Positions 27,978 through 39,796 of a stretch of 64,000 bases of DNA are shown one piece after another. The stretch lies in NCBI GenBank assembly GCA_964234715.1, contig OZ174275.1; one strand, given 5' to 3'. The position numbers and the translations under genes are program-made. Under the pieces are notes generated by a model, which ran no database searches, had not been told where the DNA came from, and worked only from the letters and a program-made list of their open reading frames with translations. Each line of letters starts with the position of its first letter. The first letter of the stretch is position 1. Source of the DNA: Podarcis melisellensis (taxonomy: Eukaryota).

Positions 27978-28393
27978 CAGTACTTTTTTTCTGGGGGGAC
28001 ACTGGAGTATGCATACCCTTAAACATTTTGTGAATCTAACGGGAGAAGAAACTAAAAAAATTAAAAATTTTAGTTTTTTTCTCTAACACGGTGAATCGTC
28101 ATTTCCGTTGGCGGCCTCATTTCCTGTCACAGTGTTTCCTGAGTCTCAGACGGAAGCGAGTGTTTAATATGTGAAGTAGGAGTTGGAATCTAGCACGGTG
28201 ATTGGTCAGTTTCGTTATTACCACCTCTGGTGGCGGCTTCATTTCCTTTCCTGGTGTAATGCATGTTATTTGTACTTTTGTCCATTTACCGCTTTTATTT
28301 TTCCGGATTTGAACTATAAAATGGTGATTTTCTTGAGTCAAAATGAGAGTACCCCTAAATATTACACACACACACACATATATATAATCACTG
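27978..28393. mobile_element. hAT-type non-autonomous element (CAGTGCTTTTTT family), long member
   Basis: Shares both ends with 7820-7993; TSD ggtgccac/ggtgcccc; ~240 bp extra internal sequence. Confidence 0.85.
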
Positions 28394-30393
28394 GGTGCCC
28401 CCACACTAATGGCCAGATTCCTATACTGTTGGTTTGGGTTACATATGGTATTACTGGAGCCATGTTCATTTCAATAGATGGACCCCTATGAAAAAGCAGA
28501 GACAGCAGTCATGGAGTTCAGTGCTTTTGAAGGGTCTTCAGCTCTTATTGGTGGCAAGAAACCATTTTAAGAAGGGAAGCCATTTTAAATTCAACAGTAT
28601 TAACCTTCACATCCATTGATTTATATTATCTCTCAAATGGCCATCCTCATCGTTATTGCTGTTAGTAGTAATAAAAGCAAGACAGCTGAGCTCTTGAAAT
28701 CCTTTTGATAAAGACTGCTCTTGAGAAGCTTATTGTGTCAGGAGACCAGAGCCTGAATTCAGCAATGACCAGAAACATGAGCTCTGTCAGGCTTTTCCTG
28801 ATGCTTCCCAAACTAAGGCACAGTTCTGTGCAATCGAATGCGTTTCTTCAAGAGCTACCAGTTCACTGAGCATGCATAGCTATTTAATTACACTTTAATT
28901 AGAGTCCTTTCTCTGTGATATGGGAAGGTGGGAGCAGCCGACATAAAAACTTCAACTATACCACTGGGATCACCACAACAAAAATCTAGCTAGAAGCTCA
29001 GTGGACTGAAGACAATAAAAATGGCTACTTCCATTAAAACTCTCTTTAAAGTCTGGGGCATTTTATTTAGTGAACTTCCCTCCCTAGCGTTGTAAATCCG
29101 GTCATTTTGTTTTCCAATCCACAACTGCTTTTTAAGTTAAATTGCTTCAGCATGCCACCTGATTACAGGTCGAAAAAGTGGACAATGCACAAGACTACCA
29201 TGTTTACTGAATTCAAATAAAGAAAAGGGGAATTTCACAGGGGTGTACTGGTGGTCAAACAAGACAGTAATGATAAGACCTCTTGAGACAGTGCTTGAAT
29301 AATGGGATGCATGAATAATATATTAATATGGCCCAAACATGCATATTTTACTGATATCTCTTGGGCTGTTTCTATGTGTGTGTGAAATATATAGATGCCT
29401 GTTGTGAAAAGAAAAGTGAAATCTGCTAGTTGTTTTATTTTGTTTTGTTTTTTTGTATTATTTGATATTTTAAGTGTTACAAGTCGGCTTGCATTTTTTT
29501 TCTTTCAATTAGATGGTACATAAATTAAATACAGTACTGACCAATAAATATATGGTTCGTTTATTTAGAATATTAATATACTGGTTTTCATCCAAAAGTA
29601 TCCCAAGCAATGATAATGGAACAGTGAGAACCACACAGGAGGGTAAACCACCATCTGCCTGTAATATATGCTGAATCAGCCTGAGAACCATTTTCACATA
29701 AACAGATACTTGTGCATTTAGAGGAAAATAGATATTTCCACCCGAGAAGACTTGAAGAAGTTGGAACTTTTGAGAGATGATTGACAGAAGCATGTATAAT
29801 AATAATATACTGGTTACCACCACTGGGAAATTATAGGTGCTTTACTGTAATAACTGTGTATCTTTTATATATATATATATATATATAAGAAAACCAACAA
29901 CCTAAAAGCCTTAAAATGATAAAAAGGAACACCACATTTACCCAAATCACTTTAATCTGTTAACTCATGGTTTTAGAAGAGTGCATGAAGGATTACAACT
30001 GCTATATGAAGATTAAGAAAACAAACTTATTTATTCAAAAACGTACATTATTTTGAGGGAGCACAAATCCCCAAGTGACATGACCTACTAAACTGATCAT
30101 CAAATAGAAAGGCTGAGATGGGCAATATATTCCATAAGTAATTATCCTTGGATCTAACTCTAACTCATTTGGTATTAGCCATTCAACACAACACAGGAGA
30201 CATAGTTTGGTTTGACAACTTTCTTTAAAAAAAAAAATCAGATTGAAGATTATGGCAAGTGATTATCCATCTATAAAAAAATATATTTAATAAAAAATTA
30301 TAGCAGATAGCAAACAGTATACAGACTAGCCTTCTATTAACAAACCAAACAAGTCTTAACAAATATTTTACTATTTTTTATTGCTATGATGAT

Positions 30394-30775
30394 TAGGGTT
30401 GCCACTGCAGGAGCATCCCAAACTCTGAGATATCAGGGCCCAAATGATGACATTGGGGGAGGGGTTACTCAGTGAAGTCATTAAGTTTGACACATTAAGC
30501 ATGAACCACAGTTGCTGAGAGGATGCCAATCAAATTTTTAAAAACAAAGCAAATATGTCGATGGTTGGAAGTTAAGATAGAAACCTTTGTTAAAGGGGAT
30601 GGTTATGATCCTTAGATAGTCTATGCAATAATTTGCAGTTCGCTCCTGATGACTAAAGCTTGCAAGCTGCATACACAGTCTTCTTAATAAATAAATAGAA
30701 CAATTAAAGGCACTCTTTAAGGCACCTAGAGAGGGGCAGGCAGATCTGGAGATTCCAGAGGTCTGGCCACCCTAA
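30394..30775. mobile_element. hAT-like MITE (TAGGGTTGCCA TIRs)
   Basis: tagggttgcca...tggccacccta. Confidence 0.7.
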
Positions 30776-31906
30776 TAATTATCTATTATATGGTCTATTC
30801 AGCCAGCAAACCATAGGCCCTATTGTTACGAAAACCAAATGGTTAAAAAAAAAGTATTGTTTATGGCTGCAACTTGCAATTTGTGGGAATTTTTATGATT
30901 TCTTCAGAATCACATTAGGTTTTTATGGAACACTCAAAACCTAGAGTAGCAAACATCTAAAGTTTACCAACATCTGAAATACTTCAGGCTGCTAGCCCAA
31001 AGGAAAACTAAAATGCAGAACTTCTTAGATCCTTTCACGTTGGTAACATTTAATGCAAGGTCATTGCCAGCAAAACGTTCAGTTTTATTTGCCTTCCATT
31101 CCACATGGACAAGAAGATTTTTGTTTTTGAAAGATGTTTAGTTTGTAATGTATGGTGCCCATTTGAAAACTGTTTATGTCTCCTGTATGTAAAGTTTTCC
31201 AGAGGCTTTGCTGGTGTCACAAGATATATTTCACAGCATGTTCATGGACAAGCAAGCCGCTTAAATTACTGTCCAAGTCTATGCAGCTACATAAAACTAC
31301 AAGGACACGATATACTGGTTTAACGCAGGGTGACTTGTGCTGCATTCAGATTAAATTCTAGTGCATTGTACTTTGCTTGGCTCTCAACAAATGTCCCAGT
31401 TGGTCTTCTCTCATTTCAAAAAGTTTTTCTCTTGCAAGAGAAAACACAGAGCCAAAGCAAAATTCCGTAACGTTTAGATTAGATGTGGTTTGGCTATAAG
31501 TTTTGCCAACTGTTCCCAATCCCAAGGAACTAGAGTGCATCGTTAATATGGGGAATATACATCATTAACATGAGAAGAATATGCTACCATTAGAACTGAC
31601 ATCTCAAGTGAGCAGAACAGGAGAAGACTTCCTGGTGTGCTGAAGGAAAAAATGGATCGTAACCAAGTAAGTTCTACTAAGAGTCAACCCACTGAAATTG
31701 TAGTTGGTACTAATATAGAATATTTGCCAATTTTCAAATAATTCATGTAAACATGTGTCTAAGTATGTGCCAATGAATGTACCATTGTGAGCAGTCCCAG
31801 CCTACTTACAGGAGTGCCTGCTTGCTTGTTCAGCAGCTAGTTCAGGAACCAAAATGTGCACATGACGGTGCTCTTCAAAAGGAAGGCATAAGGGGCATGC
31901 TGAGAT

Positions 31907-32243
31907 AGTAATTAATAGTAATAGTAATTTATTATTTGTACCCCGCCCATCTGGCTGGGTTTCCCCAGCCACTCTGGGTGGCTTCCAACAAAGATTAAAA
32001 ATACATTAAAATGTCACACATTAAAAACTTCCCTGAAGAGGGTTGCCTTCAGATGTCTTCTAAATGTCAGGTAGTTGTTTATCTCTTTGACATCTGGTGG
32101 GAGGGCGTTCCACAGGGTGGGCACCACTACCAAGAAGGCCCTCTGCCTGGTTCCCTGTAGCTTAGCTTCTCATAGTGAGGGAACTGCCAGAAGGCCCTCA
32201 GCACTGGACTTCAGTGTCTGGGCAGAACGATGGGGGCAGAGAT
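31907..32243 (-). mobile_element. L2-like LINE 3' end
   Basis: Minus strand agggccttcttggtagtggtgcccaccctgtggaacgccctccca (RAFLVVVPTLWNALP), ending cagatgggcggggtacaaataataaa and (TTA)-type tail. Confidence 0.85.
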
Positions 32244-32656
32244 GTTGAGACATTTTAGAGTGTGCCTAGATGTGTATCTTGAGGGCTTTCCTTTGACTTC
32301 CTGAACCATGTGACTTGACCTGTGTTTCAGCCGTGCAGGAATTTTTGGAATAAAGCCTTCAAGAACAATCAAGCGTTTCAAGTACTGTGTCGAGGAGTGG
32401 GAGGTCAGACTGGAATGAGGTATTTATGTGTTTTCCTCATCCTCACCCATTCCAGAAACACAGGTATCTATTGAGTCCTATTGGAATTCCTCAGAGCACT
32501 GGTGCTATAGCCTCATGCAATGTACAGCCATGTCTCTATACATATAATATATTTATTTGCTACAACATGTGAAACTCTCCAGGTGTTGGAGTTGGATTGA
32601 GAAGCAGATAATGTAATAATTAATAATAATTTTATTATTTATAGCCCACCCATCTG

Positions 32657-33073
32657 TTTTTTTTTTAAATATTTTTATTGGTTTTTACACATATCAAAGA
32701 CAATACAATACAAAACAAAACACAAATATAAAAAACATACAACAATAATTTGACTTCCCCATACCTTCCCTTCGCTACATCCTTATTTTACCATTTTTTT
32801 TCGAGCAACTCATCAGTCCATTTTTAATCAAGTCCCTTTTAAATTTACTTAAAGTTTAAGATTTACAGCTGTAATTCTTTGTTTCCTGCCCCTTGACATC
32901 TTATCAGTCCCCAATTTTACAATGATTTTTAAGATATGTTTTAAATTTCCTCCAGTCCTCTTCCACTGTCTCTTTCCTCTGGTCACGGATTCTGCCGGTC
33001 ATCTCTGCCAATCCCATATATTCCGTCACCTTCGGCTGCCATTCTTCCAGAGTTGGTAATTCTTGCATCTTCC
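32657..33073 (-). mobile_element. Short 5'-truncated L1 inserted into an L2 tail
   Basis: Poly(T) at 32657. Minus-strand [27 protein letters not shown] matches the C-terminus of the 55-57 kb L1. Perfect 17-bp TSD tatagcccacccatctg (32640-32656, 33074-33090). Confidence 0.92.
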
Positions 33074-33869
33074 TATAGCCCACCCATCTGGCTAGGTACT
33101 ACACATGTATTTGTAGAATATTCATCTACCAAAGAAAATGTCGGAGACATGCAAAAAAATTAGAGAATGTTGGGAAAGTTAATGCCATGTGCATATTCTC
33201 TCACTGGAACAACTTAATTTTTAATTTGGGTAACCAAGGCTCCAATTTTTTGGACAACAGAAGTTCTAATAATCCTGAAACTCAGACAGTAAGTGGACAG
33301 CCATGAACCAAATAGTAGTTAACACAGCAGATTTAGTGTAAACCTGAACTTATCTTGATCTCTCAAAGAAAAAGGCACACTGTGCTGACTGATACTTAGT
33401 ATAGGCGGTAGGAGTAAAACATGCCCACAAGATAATCACATCCTTACAGAAATTGAAAACGTATGTGAAAGTCTTGGTGGTCCTGAAAAGGGGTGGGGGC
33501 TCAGACAATTTCTTGATTCTGTGTCATCATTCGTTCTTTCACTTGAAAAAATCATGAGTTTTAGAATGACAAACAAAGATTAATGTTTTATTCATAAAAG
33601 GATAGCTTATGAAATAGTGAAATGGAGCATATTTCTACCTGATAAATGCAGAGACCTGTAAACTCTGAACCCAGCTTGGCCTTTATTTCTTGTGACCCTG
33701 TTTAAGTGATTTATTTACCTTTAAGAACTGAAGTTTGCAGGAGGTTGAATATGCAGTGTAGTAGATCTTTAATTCTAAAATATTTAAACAAGGGTGGCTG
33801 ATGTTAGAAATGCTCTAAAGAGATGGAGAATCCTTACTTTGCAGCCAATATTTGATTTGGGAATATATA

Positions 33870-34105
33870 CAGTGGTACCTTGGTTCCTGAACGGCTTAGT
33901 TGCCGAATAAATCAGCTCCCGAATGCCGCAAACCCAGAAGTAAATGTTCTGGTTTGCGAACGTTTTTTGGAAGCCAAACATCTGACGCGGCTTCTGCTTT
34001 GAGTGCAGGAAGCTCCTGCAGCCAATCGGAAGTCGTGCCTTGGTTCTTGAACAGTTTTGGGAGTCGAACACGCTTCCAGAACAGATTAAGTTTGAGAACC
34101 AAGGT
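33870..34105. mobile_element. Tc1/mariner-type MITE, right TIR disrupted by (TG)n
   Basis: ta|cagtggtaccttggtt...gagaaccaaggt then microsatellite; relative at 50475-50685. Confidence 0.82.
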
Positions 34106-34130
34106 GTGTGTGTGTGTGTGTGTGTGTGTA

Positions 34131-34273
34131 CAGTGCTTTTTTCTGGGGGTATGCAGGGGTACGCAAACCCCTAAACATTTTGTGAATCTAAATTTAGCCT
34201 CATTGAGGGGCAGTATTTCAATATGAGTAGGAAAATGAGAGTACCCCTAAACATTTTTTTAGGAAAAAAGCAC
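34131..34273. mobile_element. hAT-type MITE (CAGTGCTTTTTT family), third member
   Basis: Same terminal ~60 and ~45 bp as the 7820 and 27978 copies, different interior. Confidence 0.85.
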
Positions 34274-35034
34274 AAAAGAGAGAGAGAGAGCGCATTCCCA
34301 AATCATATAATATTTGCTACATCTTAGCCCTCTTACTAGTGAGGTAGGAGTGCTGAACATAATGCCAATATATTTCATATCAATGCACCCCTTTGGTTTC
34401 AGATAGTGCATGGGTAGATGAGTTTAAAAATTCCAGGACACAAATTTTCACGGCCTTCTAGCAGCTATGGTGGCTCATTTACCAGAAGTAATGTATTTAG
34501 TGTTAATTCTGGAAGTGTATACTCGATTCTGATTAAACAAAGCCTCCTGATGTATATTTTGCTCTAGGAGGCATTGGTTGCCAGATGTGAAGTTTTTGTC
34601 AGCTCTCCTACTTCACTATACAGAATCACACATCAAAAAAGGGCACAATCCATTTAGAGATAACCATTTCAAATTCTTATTGTGCACACACAGACATATG
34701 CATGCACAGTGCATAATACCACAGAAGAAAGGAAATGCAAACTATTAGTATATTTTGTAGAAATATTGTGGCATACCTATTTTATTTCTTACTGGCTTTA
34801 AGGGATTTTATTAAACTTAATTCATAATTAAAAAAAAATGTTCTCTTTATTTAATACCAGTAGAGAGTGTTCAGTACTGCCCTGGAATTTTCAGAAACAA
34901 AAAATAGTTTGTGATTTTAAATGGTACAGTGATTTTGGATAATGTAATTTGTGAGTTTGGACCCATCATGCCAAAATCAGGTGTTTTGTGTTAATATTTG
35001 AAGAGGTAGCCAGACCTATGCCAAAAAACAGTCA

Positions 35035-35140
35035 CAAGAAAAAAGCACACCAAGAACTCAGGCCAATGTAAGTTTCCCTAGGGACCACTCCCTTTATTGA
35101 AACTTACATTGGCCTGAGTTCTTGGTGTGCTTTTTTCTTG
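35035..35140. repeat. Perfect inverted repeat, 42-bp arms, 22-nt spacer
   Basis: 35035-35076 is the exact reverse complement of 35099-35140. Confidence 0.97.
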
Positions 35141-35529
35141 GTATATTTGATAAAAAATGGGCACAGACATGCTCAAGTCACATTTCAGTCCACCATCTTG
35201 ATTCAGAATGGTGACTAGTAGAATGTTCATTTCACATATTTTTATACTTCACATATTCTATTACAATAATCATGAAATCCCAGGTCTATTAATCAATTTA
35301 ACATTGAACTGCTTTGCAAATGACTATTTCCCATCACCCCTACACATAAGAAACTATTCATTCTACTTTAAAACTGTCGTGTCAAAATCATATATGTAAA
35401 TTACACCACATATATACACTCTATGGGGAACTATTGCTAATCAGGGTTTCCAGTGTTGCATCTATGCAATTAAAGAGTCACATGTGTATTCAATACATTT
35501 CTGCCCTGCATTCTTGCACCAACATGACG

Positions 35530-35729
35530 CACTGGCGGAGGAAGAGGAGTGGGGGGCGGGAGCGCACTGCCCCCGGCAGCACGATCCCAGTGGGGTGCCA
35601 TTGCGGCTACTCCCCCCCCCCCGCCCATGCTGCACGCCACGCCCCCAGGACGTGACCATGCCCCTGTGGGCAGCGTGCCATGCCCCCAGGATGCATGCCA
35701 GCCCCACCCCCGCCTGCTCTCTGCCACTG
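35530..35729. mobile_element. GC-rich non-autonomous DNA transposon
   Basis: cactggcggag...ctctgccactg ends, flanks acatgacg/acaggact, internal gcccc repeats. Confidence 0.65.
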
Positions 35730-36563
35730 ACAGGACTACCAACATCATGAAGTGTATTCATTACATATTACATGGAAGTCGTATCTGTGGAGGGCATGTA
35801 GCTTGTGTGAAGCAAATGCCAATTTCTTGTTTCATAGTTTTTGGAGATCAGAGTTGAAAATATTAACTTTTAAGTTATAGAGTTGTATGGTTTATTTTTT
35901 TGTAAGCCATTCCATTATCCATGGTTATAATCTTGGCTGGCTTCAAAAGTAATTGCTTTCCTAAACATAAAGGAAGTCTGATTTTAATTTGCTATCTACA
36001 TCTACATTCTCATATTCTTTTTATAGATTATTTGAAGTTATCACTAGAATCTTCTTTCACTCAAACATAAGTGAAAGTTTTATCTTACTTTGGATACCAC
36101 AGAAATAATTTATTACTAAGGAAACAAAACCTTTTGTCTCACAATATATTTCTTCAGGACAGCTGTGGTATTTCAGCGCAAGCACAAAAGCTGCGATGAT
36201 CTGGGCTGCAATCAACTATTTTTAATAGGAAATTTTTACGGACTTTTAATAAGATCTCTGAACATAATTTATGAGGAGAGGTTTTGAAGTGAAGAGGCAT
36301 TGTTTGGCAAGTGTTCTTCTTCTAATCTCAGGAAATTTAAATAAAAGAGGGTTCATTTCCTCTAACTTCCACACACACACAAAAAAAGTTAAGGAAAACA
36401 CCTGCTACATAAAGCCACAAAACAAGTTTATTCATAGTCCAAATAAAATTTATTTGAAAAAGTCTGAGGACACAAAGCTCTGGGGATGTCAAATCATCAT
36501 GATATTTGTATTACAACTAACATTTAATAGCAGAAGTTACCTATTAATTTTATGTGGCCTGGG

Positions 36564-36567
<4 letters not shown>

Positions 36568-36601
<34 letters not shown>
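36568..36601. repeat. (GT)n microsatellite
   Basis: Direct reading. Confidence 0.98.
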
Positions 36602-36606
<5 letters not shown>

Positions 36607-36855
36607 CACCATTTTTGTTCAAGTGACAGATTGGCCTAAAGTATGAAAGAAAGAAAGAGAAATTCCCCAATCCTATAACATCAGACAAATACTGGACTGG
36701 GAAATTGTGCAGACATAGCATCATCCAGTGATGACAAATCAAACAATTTGATTGCAAGTAAACTTATTTTAGCAGGATTGGAGGGAGTCTGACTGTTATA
36801 GGTGGCACATTTCAAACCATGGTGAATACAGAGGCCACACTCCAAGGACAGAGTA

Positions 36856-37054
36856 ACAGGAATGCCAACTTGAATAAAACAATGGGGGGGAAGCCCCGCC
36901 CTGCATAATTGATCACATGACGTGGTGTGTGAATGCATGCACAGACATACACCTTTTGAATGGTAATGTCCATCAGCTTGGGGGGGGGCAGTCAGCTCAA
37001 ATATTTTATTCGGAGGGGGCGAAGGGACCTTGGCCCCCAGAGTTGGCTCGTATG
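36856..37054. mobile_element. hAT-like MITE related to 10816-11008
   Basis: Shared gccaacttga, cacatgac, aaatattttatt and agttggctc.tatg blocks. Confidence 0.72.
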
Positions 37055-37141
37055 TGTAAGTAGTAGCAAGCACTCCCTCTGCCGACAGAAGACTCTCCAC
37101 ACTAAGGAGTTTTAAAAACTGACTCAAAAAGCAAAAGATTA

Positions 37142-37349
37142 CAGTGGTACCTCAGGTTAAGTACTTAATTCGTTCTGGAGGTCCGTACTTAACCTGAAAC
37201 TGTTCTTAACCTGAAGCACCAGTTTAGCTAATGGGGCCTCCTGCTGCTGCCTCCTGTTCCCATCCTGAAGCAAAGTACTTAACCCGAGGTAATATTTCTG
37301 GGTTAGCGGAGTCTGTAACCTGAAGCGTATGTAACCCAAGGTACCACTG
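37142..37349. mobile_element. Tc1/mariner-type MITE
   Basis: CAGTGGTACC TIRs, TA TSD. Confidence 0.92.
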
Positions 37350-37619
37350 TACAATGCAACAGAAGGCTTTCCAGACATGCCCCATCACCTGGAAAAAAGA
37401 CCCCAAGTTCTTTTCTTGGTGCCTCCAGATGAGAAAGACTGTTATCTCCAGCAGCTCCCACTGGCGGCAGAACTGACCTTCCATCGCAGCAAAACCCAGT
37501 CCAAAATTCAGCAGCAGCACAGGGAGCAAGTCTATAACACCTGGCTTTCATTATTGCTCCTGGAAACTAAATAAGGCTGTGCTGCTGTCAAGTGGTGGGC
37601 TGGCCCCAACAGGGCTATA

Positions 37620-37850
37620 CAGTGGTACCTTGGGTTAAGAGCTTAATTTGTTCTGGAGGTCCGTTCTTAACCTGAAACTGTTCTTAACCTGAGGTACCAC
37701 TTTAGCTAATGGGGCCTCCTGCCGCCGCCACGCGATTTCTGTTCTCATCCTGAAGCAAAGTTCTTAACCCGAGGTACTATTTCTGGGTTAGCGGAGTCTG
37801 TGACCTGAAGCGTCTGTAACCTGAAGCGTATGTAACCCGAGGTACCACTG
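37620..37850. mobile_element. Tc1/mariner-type MITE
   Basis: CAGTGGTACC TIRs, TA TSD. Confidence 0.92.
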
Positions 37851-38279
37851 TACAAAAGGGACTGATCCCTCTTGGGTCGGTGTGAGGGTGCCATCATTAA
37901 TTGTTACTCCCCCCCCCCCCGGAATGTTTGAATATATGTTGTCCCATTTGTGGGAATGGGTTTGCACTGGTGTGAGAGAACGGTTATTTGTAGAGAGTGG
38001 GTAGAGTACAAAACAAATCTACCTCCCTCCCCCACTCAAAATGAGACCTGGAGTGGGAAGTTGGACAGAATCTCACTGGGAGAGAGACAGGGCAAAGTGT
38101 TTGCAGTATCGCAGGTGAGAGGTAGAGCTGTTTCTGCCTGGGATTCTCGGATCTATTTTTTGTTTGTTTGCCTTCTGTTACTGTGAAGCAGAGATTGGTT
38201 AAGGGAATTATGTCAAGGATGGAGGAGGAGGAGAGTCTCCCCCCCCATTTTATTTCAGAATTTGATGTTCTACATTGTT

Positions 38280-38675
38280 ATTGGTATTTATAACTTAGAC
38301 CTGGGCAGATGAGCTGAGTGGCCATATCCACCTGATATTTGGTGCAACACCGGTCCAGGTCAGAGAGGGAGTTGCTATCATCCTTCAAAATTCTATCTCC
38401 CTCACAAGGAGACTGATCCACAGTGTGTCTGGGTTCAAGGTATTCTTTGCAATGTTTAGCTAGAGTCAGAACAGAGAATATACTATGCACCCTGCTGCAC
38501 TAGAACCTTCCTGCGAGGTAGTCTTGGACGTTGTGCTGGAGAACCCCTTCATGGTAGTGTTGGGAGTCTTCAATATCCATACCAAGCCTGCTTCCAATGG
38601 GCCAAGTCAGGAATTCATGGCCTCCATGACATCCATAAGACTTTCTCAGTGCGTTAGTTGGTCTGACCCATGTAG
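38280..38675 (+). mobile_element. Decayed L2/CR1-group ORF2 endonuclease fragment
   Basis: VVLGVFNIH (from GDFNIH) and QEFMASMTSIRLSQ motifs in ORF 38485-38826. Confidence 0.7.
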
Positions 38676-38875
38676 TCAGGCTGCTCTGTCGCCTGCACGC
38701 CCTGCCCCATCCACCGCTAGCAGAAAAGTTGCACTGCCATTGTTGCCAATTTTGGGCAAGAACGTGCCAATTTGGTGTGAGTGTGAGCTCTTTTGCAGTT
38801 ATAACTTTTTTATTGGTTTTACATAATTTTATGCATTTTAACTTTAACCACTTAAAACATTAAAATAAAAGGTTA

Positions 38876-39117
38876 CAGTGGTACCTCGGGATAAGTACTT
38901 AATTCATTCCGGAGGTCTGTACTTAACCTGAAACTGTTCTTAACCTGAAGCACCACTTTAGCTAATGGGGCCTCCCGCTGCCGCCGTGCCACCGGAGCAC
39001 AATTTCTGTTCTTATCCTGAAGCAAAGTTCTTAACCTGAAGCACTATTTCTGGGTTAGAAGAGTGTGTAACCTGAAGCATATGTAACCTGAAGCATATGT
39101 AACCCAAGGTACCACTG
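38876..39117. mobile_element. Tc1/mariner-type MITE inside L1 3' UTR
   Basis: CAGTGGTACC TIRs, TA TSD. Confidence 0.92.
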
Positions 39118-39582
39118 TATTTTGAACCTTCGGACCTCCTCTCCTCGCTCCACGGGTTCTGTATTTAAGATAAAGCTTTGTGCATCTTTTTACCGTTATC
39201 CATCTGTTATATATCCATACTGTAGTTACCATAGTTAGTTCCACATTACATGCCTGCCAGTGATTTTAACTGTTTACAGCTGTCTTTTAAGTAAATTAGG
39301 AATTTACTCCAGTCTTTTAAGAATACTTGATCTTCCTGGTTTCTGATTTTCCCCGTCAGTTTTGCCATCTCAACATAGTCCTACAGCTTTGTCTGCCATT
39401 CTTCTTTTGTTGATACTTCTCCTTCCTTCCATCTCTGGGCTACTAGCATTCTCGCTGCCATCGTTGCATACGTAAAAAGTCTTTTGTCTTATTTTGGTAT
39501 CTCTTCACCTATTATACCTAACAAAAAAGCTTCTGGTTTTTGTAGTAAATGTATTTTAAAACACTTTCTTTCATTCATTATT

Positions 39583-39796
39583 CAGTGGTACCTCAGGTTA
39601 CAGACGCTTCAGGTTGCGTGTTTTCGGGTTGCACACCAGGCCGAACCCAGAAGTACCGGAACGGGTTACTTCCAGGTTTCGGCGCTCACGCATGCGCAGA
39701 AGCACTGAATCGCAACCCACACGTGCACAGATGCGGCACTGCGGGTTGCGAACGTGCCTCCCACACAGATCACGTTCGCAACCCAAGGTTCCACTG
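39583..39796. mobile_element. Tc1/mariner-type MITE inside L1 ORF2
   Basis: cagtggtacc...ggttccactg|ta; relative at 57910-58133. Confidence 0.88.

Noticed and set aside
37142-39796. CRISPR-like or other prokaryotic repeat array
   Set aside because: The repeats are TA-flanked MITEs with internal taacctgaag subrepeats in vertebrate DNA; no repeat-spacer periodicity and no cas genes.
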